Below, piece by piece: positions 51,740-56,658 of a stretch of DNA of 56,658 nt. Source of the stretch: a virus (Duplodnaviria > Caudoviricetes); the IMG/VR virus record IMGVR_UViG_3300009156_000033, positions 1 to 56,658 of that record, one strand, 5' to 3'. The notes below the pieces were generated by a model that made no database searches, was not told the origin of the DNA, and saw only the letters and a program-made list of their open reading frames with translations. The translations under genes were made by a program, and so were the position numbers. Every line of letters begins with the position of its first letter. Within the stretch, counting starts at the first letter, position 1.

Positions 51740-52852
51740 TTAAGGGCGATACACGATTTCGGACCAACCGCTACATAGCAGTCCGCTCCTGCACGACTTA
51801 ACCCTGTAACGGGTGGTCTTGTTTCTTGCGCGAGTGTCAACCCAGTGCATCGTGCCCGCTGGCACGACGGCCACTTGAGCGAAGGGGTCGCTCTCGATGG
51901 CTTTCTCCACGACGGCGCTTGCCGTCACTTCGGCGTTCCAGCCCAAGTCGCGCCGGTTCCCCTGAAGCTGTTGCAGGCGCAGGTTGGTCGGAGCACTGGG
52001 CGGTTGCGGGGTGGGCGGCGCAGTCACGGCTTGAATGCTGATCCGGTCCAGTTGCACGCCTGCCTCGCGCCCACGAATGACAAGCGTATGCACACCAGCC
52101 GCCAGCGCCCAGCGTTTCACCGGGAACTCCGGGCTGTCGAACGTCCCACCCCCGCGCCACGCCGCCGTGCGGGTCTGGAACCCACTCGTCACCGGCACGT
52201 CCCAGATCATCGCCGGGTCGGTTGGCTCGTCGTCCACGTTGACGAACAGCGAATTGGCGGACTCAGTCGGCGCGTTCAGAAACACGTCCACGGTGCAGCT
52301 TGCGGCGTTGGTGAGCGTGAACTTGTAGGCGGCGCGTCCGCCGTCGGCAACGCCGGTCTGCGCGTCCTGCTGCACCATCGTGCCGTTCACGTAGAACGGC
52401 GCTGTGATCGCCCCGCTCTCAGCCTCGAAGGTGAGCCCGCTCGTCGGCGGCGTGATCGGAGGCGTGTAGGTGATCGTGTTGCTCGCCGGGCCGTCCCCCG
52501 CCGAGTTGTAGGCCGTCACGTAGAATCGCACCGTCGCACTGTTGGTCAGGGTCAGCGTGGTGGTCGTGCCCGTTACGTTCGCCACCAGCGAGAACGGCCC
52601 CGTCAAGGTCGCCTGCCATACCTTGTAGCCCAGCACATTCTCCGCTGCCGGGTTCGCGTCCCACGTCAACAGCACCGTCGCCGCGCTCAGCGTTGAGGGG
52701 AACAAGAGGACGGAAAGCGCCAAAGCCGATAGCCACAGCCGCGCTGATGCGGATGGTGGTCGAGCGCCGGGCTCTACCGGAGCCGGGCGGCCAGAAGAAC
52801 CACACCCAGCTTTCGTCAACGATTGCGATGAGCGGTCGATAGCGTTTGTCAT
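51740..52852 (-). CDS. Fibronectin type III domain protein with carbohydrate-binding-like insert and signal-like N-terminus
   Basis: LTWDANP...GYKVW...FYVTAYNSAGDGPASN; FEAESG...GVHTLVIRGREAGVQLDRI; PSAPTNL second FN3. Confidence 0.8.
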   Translation of the reverse strand: MTNAIDRSSQSLTKAGCGSSGRPAPVEPGARPPSASARLWLSALALSVLLFPSTLSAATVLLTWDANPAAENVLGYKVWQATLTGPFSLVANVTGTTTTLTLTNSATVRFYVTAYNSAGDGPASNTITYTPPITPPTSGLTFEAESGAITAPFYVNGTMVQQDAQTGVADGGRAAYKFTLTNAASCTVDVFLNAPTESANSLFVNVDDEPTDPAMIWDVPVTSGFQTRTAAWRGGGTFDSPEFPVKRWALAAGVHTLVIRGREAGVQLDRISIQAVTAPPTPQPPSAPTNLRLQQLQGNRRDLGWNAEVTASAVVEKAIESDPFAQVAVVPAGTMHWVDTRARNKTTRYRVKSCRSGLLCSGWSEIVYRP

Positions 52853-52898
52853 ATGGCGTGAACAGGTAGGCCAGCAGCCCCGCGCCGGTCATATCCGC

Positions 52899-53096
52899 CT
52901 AAACCCGTCGCAGAGCGACGCGAACCAGAATCGCGGGCGCTTGATGCTCGATGTTCGAGTGCGCGACACGCACCCAGAGTTCGCAGCCCGTGAGCCGTGA
53001 GGAGAAGCGCACCATGAGGTCGCGCTCGATGCGGTAGATGTTGGCGTCATATTGCGTTCCATTGTGCAGGGTAAAGCGGTACGGACCGACTGTCAC
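52899..53096 (-). CDS. Hypothetical protein (predicted leaderless)
   Basis: TTGACC-17-TACAAC 6 nt before GTG 53096. Confidence 0.5.
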   Translation of the reverse strand: MTVGPYRFTLHNGTQYDANIYRIERDLMVRFSSRLTGCELWVRVAHSNIEHQAPAILVRVALRRV

Positions 53097-53127
53097 GGCG
53101 ACGTTGTAGGCGTAAAGCCGCGTGCGG

Positions 53128-53247
53128 TCAACGGTAGAAGAAGCGCAGGCACCGCAAACACACCCAGCGTTCGTGACTGTGAACGAGGGAAACGCGCTCG
53201 TCGATCCGGCGCCACTTGTGCAGGCCGACAAGGCAAAGAAGGCTCAC
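53128..53247 (-). CDS. Small Zn-binding peptide (CxxGxHKW...CxxC)
   Basis: MSLLCLVGLHKWRRIDERVSLVHSHERWVCLRCLRFFYR; GTGA overlap. Confidence 0.55.
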   Translation of the reverse strand: MSLLCLVGLHKWRRIDERVSLVHSHERWVCLRCLRFFYR

Positions 53248-54101
53248 GGCACCGCCCGACCCACCGCCCGTTGCACGTTCTGGACGGCAATGTTGTACGC
53301 CGACACCTGCGCTGCCGGGATGCTGAACCCGAAGGCGTAGTAGCTGAGCGTCCGAGCCGTGTGCGCCAAGACCGCACCGGAAATGTTGATGGCATGAACC
53401 ATGTTGGCTTCGCCGCCTATCGTGCCGGTGTCATGGACCGCGTCCGTCACGATGACTGCGGCGTTCCGGTACGTGACGGCGTTGTTCGTCGCCGTGCGCG
53501 TGCTCAGGCACATGCCGGTGCCGTTCGAGTCCGCCGCACTGGTGACGTTCGCGCCCATGAACACGTAGGTCTGCCCGCCGTTCGAGATCGCCAAGCCCCA
53601 GGTGCCCGTCACACCCCCTGCGCCCATGATGTCGTTGGCCGCGTTGCTGCCCGTTCGCACATAGGCCGCCTGATGCACGCTGTTGCTGCTGGTGAAGCTG
53701 TTCATCGTGAACCCGGGGCTCTTCGAGCAGCGCAGGTATTTCGTGCTGCCATCGCCAGTCAATCCCGTCGCCTCCGTGTAGTCCGCCGCAGCGAACGCAA
53801 TCAGGTCGTCGTTGATGACGCCGCCACCGGACCAGTCCACGATGATCGGGCACGTCATCGCGTTGGTGTTGTCGCCGAGGTAGAGGTTAGCTCGCCCGAT
53901 GCGCGTCCTTAGCCCCCAGCGCTTGATTGCGTGCATGAACTTCGTGCCGATGAAGTAGCTGCCGCCGCTGATGGTGCCGCCGCTGGTGACGATGTTGGTG
54001 TTCCAGTTGCGGGCCTCCCAGTCCCAGCCGTTGTTGCCCATCATCGCGCCGTGGGCGTGGACGCTCAACAAAGCGAGCAGTGCTGCGAACAGGCGAATCA
54101 T
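53244..54101 (-). CDS. Fibre/lectin-like virion protein with signal peptide
   Basis: MIRLFAALLALLSVHAHGA; GLTGDGSTKYL beta-sandwich motif. Confidence 0.65.
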   Translation of the reverse strand: MIRLFAALLALLSVHAHGAMMGNNGWDWEARNWNTNIVTSGGTISGGSYFIGTKFMHAIKRWGLRTRIGRANLYLGDNTNAMTCPIIVDWSGGGVINDDLIAFAAADYTEATGLTGDGSTKYLRCSKSPGFTMNSFTSSNSVHQAAYVRTGSNAANDIMGAGGVTGTWGLAISNGGQTYVFMGANVTSAADSNGTGMCLSTRTATNNAVTYRNAAVIVTDAVHDTGTIGGEANMVHAINISGAVLAHTARTLSYYAFGFSIPAAQVSAYNIAVQNVQRAVGRAVP

Positions 54102-55168
54102 GGGATGAGCTTCGACTTGAGTGATTGCCAGCCGTGGAGCAAACCGTTCGATATTGGGTCGCTGATGAACTGGTAGATCGTCACCGCGCCGTTGTTGGTG
54201 TCGATGATCGGCGCGACCCCCTCGGGGAACTGGTAGAAGCCGTTCGTGAACGTGAGGAAGCATGTGCCCGTGCTCGGCTGCTGCACGACGAGCCACGCCT
54301 TCTTGAAGCTCGTGTTGGCGACGTTCGCCGGTGCGCCGATGTAAGCGTTGTTCGTGAGCTGGAGTTTGAACGTGCCGCCTTGCGTCACGAGCGCGTAGTC
54401 GAGCGACGAAACATTCGTCCCCGTCTGCGTCAGTGTGACGATGTTGGTGCCGGTCGTGTCGCCGCCGCCACTCGCCGAGATGGTCTGCGTCGCCGGGTCC
54501 CAGCTTATGCCCGTGCCGAACTTCGTCGTCGTCACCAGCCCGTTCGCGTCGGTGGCCAGCAGGTTGGTCTTGATGAACTGAAACGTGACTGACTGCGTGA
54601 TGACCAGCGTGTTGCCCTTGCCGCTGATGAAAAACGAATTGGACGCGTAGAAGTTCTGCGTGACGTTCGTCTCCGTGTTGCTCGCAACGGGCACGCCGTC
54701 CAAGAGCAGATTGCCGCCGGCGGAAATGGTCAGCCGGTTCGTGCGCGCCGACAGCCCCAAGCCGCCGCTATGCACCGCTGTTCCGTCAGTGTTAAACGTC
54801 AACGTCGCCCCGCTGTTGATTCCGACCACGAACGGGATGGCATTGCTGCCGCTCACGTTCTCGCGCAGGTAGTACGTCTGCGCTCCAGAGTCCCAGAAGC
54901 CCTCCAAGCGCGAATACGACGCCGCTGGATTGCCGCCGGCATACAGGCGCCAAGCAGGGGTCGCGCCTTCTACGTTCACGCGCGAACCAAACCCGGTGGG
55001 GCCGACCGTCAGTCGGTTATCGCTGAAGCTCCAGCGCAATGATGCGCTGCCCGCCGACACGTTGTTGGAGTTAACGATGACCTGTTGGTCGGTGGAAGTG
55101 TCGGGGAAGTTCGCCGCCCGCACCATCGCGCATAGCAGCACCAGAACGAGCGTTGCAATCAGTCGCAT
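54098..55168 (-). CDS. Tail fibre-like protein with signal peptide
   Basis: MRLIATLVLVLLCAMVRAA; Thr/Asn/Gly-rich; C-terminal LVVQQPSTG...F.FPEG.AP fibre domain. Confidence 0.65.
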   Translation of the reverse strand: MRLIATLVLVLLCAMVRAANFPDTSTDQQVIVNSNNVSAGSASLRWSFSDNRLTVGPTGFGSRVNVEGATPAWRLYAGGNPAASYSRLEGFWDSGAQTYYLRENVSGSNAIPFVVGINSGATLTFNTDGTAVHSGGLGLSARTNRLTISAGGNLLLDGVPVASNTETNVTQNFYASNSFFISGKGNTLVITQSVTFQFIKTNLLATDANGLVTTTKFGTGISWDPATQTISASGGGDTTGTNIVTLTQTGTNVSSLDYALVTQGGTFKLQLTNNAYIGAPANVANTSFKKAWLVVQQPSTGTCFLTFTNGFYQFPEGVAPIIDTNNGAVTIYQFISDPISNGLLHGWQSLKSKLIP

Positions 55169-55171
55169 AAG

Positions 55172-55531
55172 CTAGTGCCAAGCGCCGTCGAAGCCTTGGT
55201 AAATGATCTGCGTGTCTTTGTCGATGTAGAGGGCGCAACTGGTGGCGGGTGCTCCCACAGGAGGCCCGTTGCCACACGTCACGCCGCCTCCACCGCCGCC
55301 TCCGCTCGCGATGCTGTCCACCGCGCCAAGTATGAGCAGCGGCAAATCGCCCGGTTGCGTGGCGCACTTCAAGCACGCGATGTCGTCCATGAGTTCTTGT
55401 GCAGTGGGCATAGGGTCTCCATTCCCGACCGCGATTAGTGCGCCTAGCACCGCGTACCACAGGTCGCCCTGCGGCACGCAGCACCAGGGCTGTGCGGCGT
55501 CGATTGCCGTCTGCGGGTCGATGACGGCCAT
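55172..55531 (-). CDS. Cys-rich virion protein
   Basis: DPQT..DAA..WCC repeat-like units; GNGPP.GAP...LYID fibre-like tail. Confidence 0.6.
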   Translation of the reverse strand: MAVIDPQTAIDAAQPWCCVPQGDLWYAVLGALIAVGNGDPMPTAQELMDDIACLKCATQPGDLPLLILGAVDSIASGGGGGGGVTCGNGPPVGAPATSCALYIDKDTQIIYQGFDGAWH

Positions 55532-55536
55532 GTGGG

Positions 55537-55908
55537 TTACGTGATCTGCGCTGCGTTAATCTCGCATTGCAGGAACAGGAGCGCCCGCCGGAGCGCCTCA
55601 AGCGATTGGCAACGCAGGCACGCGACGATGGCGAGCAACTCGCCCACGTCGGTCGGCGCACCCGCCGTCCCGTCCAGCAAAACCGCCAGTTCCTCGGCGT
55701 TCACGGTGTTGTGGTCGATGATGAGCAGTCCGACGCTGTCCGCAATGAGTGCGTCGAAGTCGCTTGTGTAGTCCGTCCCGCCATCGTCGGCGAGCTGCAA
55801 CGCACGCAGGTAAACCGCAATCGCCATGCGGTCATTCTCGTTGATGCACGGGTTCTGGAAGCAGGCCGCGGCTTCCGCGATGCCGCTCGCTGTGCAGGTG
55901 ATTGCCAT
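55537..55908 (-). CDS. Cys-rich virion protein
   Basis: Two similar ACF/ACL halves; downstream of the capsid gene. Confidence 0.6.
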   Translation of the reverse strand: MAITCTASGIAEAAACFQNPCINENDRMAIAVYLRALQLADDGGTDYTSDFDALIADSVGLLIIDHNTVNAEELAVLLDGTAGAPTDVGELLAIVACLRCQSLEALRRALLFLQCEINAAQIT

Positions 55909-55911
55909 AGG

Positions 55912-56148
55912 TCAGGTCTCCATCGGGTATGCGTCCATGTCTTCGTTGCCGCCGCCGCCCTCGGCGTACGCCTTGTCGCTCAGCACGACTTCCACGTCGC
56001 CCGTCTCCGGGTCAACGTCCGTCACCGTGAAGGTGAGCTTCTCGCCCGGCTTGCACTGGCGATCGCCAAGAACGCTCTTGGGGACCGTAATGCTATCGGG
56101 CATGGTCGCTTCGCTCGCGGCGACCGGCGCGTCAGTAGGCATAGCCAT
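55912..56148 (-). CDS. Small acidic protein sharing the scaffold C-terminal motif
   Basis: Ends EDMDAYPMET; the scaffold ends DDMAAYQMET. Confidence 0.6.
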   Translation of the reverse strand: MAMPTDAPVAASEATMPDSITVPKSVLGDRQCKPGEKLTFTVTDVDPETGDVEVVLSDKAYAEGGGGNEDMDAYPMET

Positions 56149-56193
56149 AAGAAGGTGCCGGCGCAGAGCCCGTCGCCCCACGCCGGCGTTGAA

Positions 56194-56658
56194 TTATGTG
56201 ATCTCCTGGCAGAACGCGTTCTGGTCGAAGTTCTGCGGCGCGTACTCAGTCGGGCAAGGCGTGCAGCGCGGGCTGTTCGCGATACACCCGGGTTCGCGCA
56301 GGTGCAGGATGCCGCGGACGATCTCGGGCCGCACGAACTTGATGCCCGCCGACATATCGGTCCACCACAGCCCCTTGTTGCCGGCCGTGTTGTCGATGGT
56401 GCAAACGTCGCCTGTGCTCGGGTCGGTCGCGACGAAGCTGCGGTCGCGGTTGCCGCCAAGGAAGTACCACTTGCCGAACAGGTCGCGGTTGAAGAACGGT
56501 GCCTCGGGCGAGACGCTGCGGAGCGTCGGCACCAGCGCGTGCATCGCTTCGGGATGCCAGACGGGCGAGTACTGGATGCAGGCTTCCTCGTACGCTTGGT
56601 CGAACTGTTTCTTGACGCCGATGGTTGCCGCTGCGTTCACGTACGGGAACACCCGGAG
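56194..56658 (-). CDS. Major capsid protein, C-terminal part (runs off window end)
   Basis: Frame open to the window edge (LRVFPYVN...FCQEIT*); followed by a GC hairpin at 56156-56188. Confidence 0.7.
   Translation of the reverse strand, partial: LRVFPYVNAAATIGVKKQFDQAYEEACIQYSPVWHPEAMHALVPTLRSVSPEAPFFNRDLFGKWYFLGGNRDRSFVATDPSTGDVCTIDNTAGNKGLWWTDMSAGIKFVRPEIVRGILHLREPGCIANSPRCTPCPTEYAPQNFDQNAFCQEIT

Noticed and set aside
1-56658. Perfectly circular contig
   Set aside because: Joining position 1 to 56658 puts the two capsid parts out of frame and no terminal overlap was seen, so 3n+2 bases appear to be missing. Not treated as a biological frameshift.

Overview
Near-complete genome of a high-GC (roughly two-thirds GC by eye) tailed dsDNA phage with a short-tailed, P22/T7-like virion architecture. 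It is opened inside the major capsid gene: the N-terminal part is at 1-814 and the C-terminal part at 56194-56658, and a few bases are missing at the junction. Layout: a leftward morphogenesis operon (capsid, scaffold, glycosyltransferase-like genes, a ~2,890-aa polyvalent GNAT/N6-MTase/Strawberry-notch helicase ejection-type protein, tail genes). A divergent terminase-portal operon follows, then a repeat-rich convergence region and small early genes. A divergent regulatory/replication region carries an iteron origin, a RepA-type helicase, an HTH protein, a PD-(D/E)XK nuclease, a Sak4-like ATPase and a DHH phosphoesterase. Further right are a split UDG-exonuclease/PolA, PAPS-reductase-like and DNA MTase genes, and a lysis/fibre module. 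Four free-standing homing endonucleases are present. No integrase, primase, endolysin or CRISPR array was recognised. Most notable: (1) an integrase-less array of integron attC cassettes whose ORFs run opposite to the attC sites and start and stop inside them; (2) a PolA split by a 488-nt segment between duplicated GELDTL motifs, with atypical motif B residues; (3) a likely -1 programmed frameshift (A-AAA-AAG) with a dual-coded CxxC tail; (4) several structured RNAs, including a tRNA-like cloverleaf with an expanded anticodon arm and a pseudoknot/switch upstream of an HNH gene; (5) many predicted leaderless promoters, often with the -35 box built on the upstream TGA stop. All calls come from reading motifs by eye; no searches were run.
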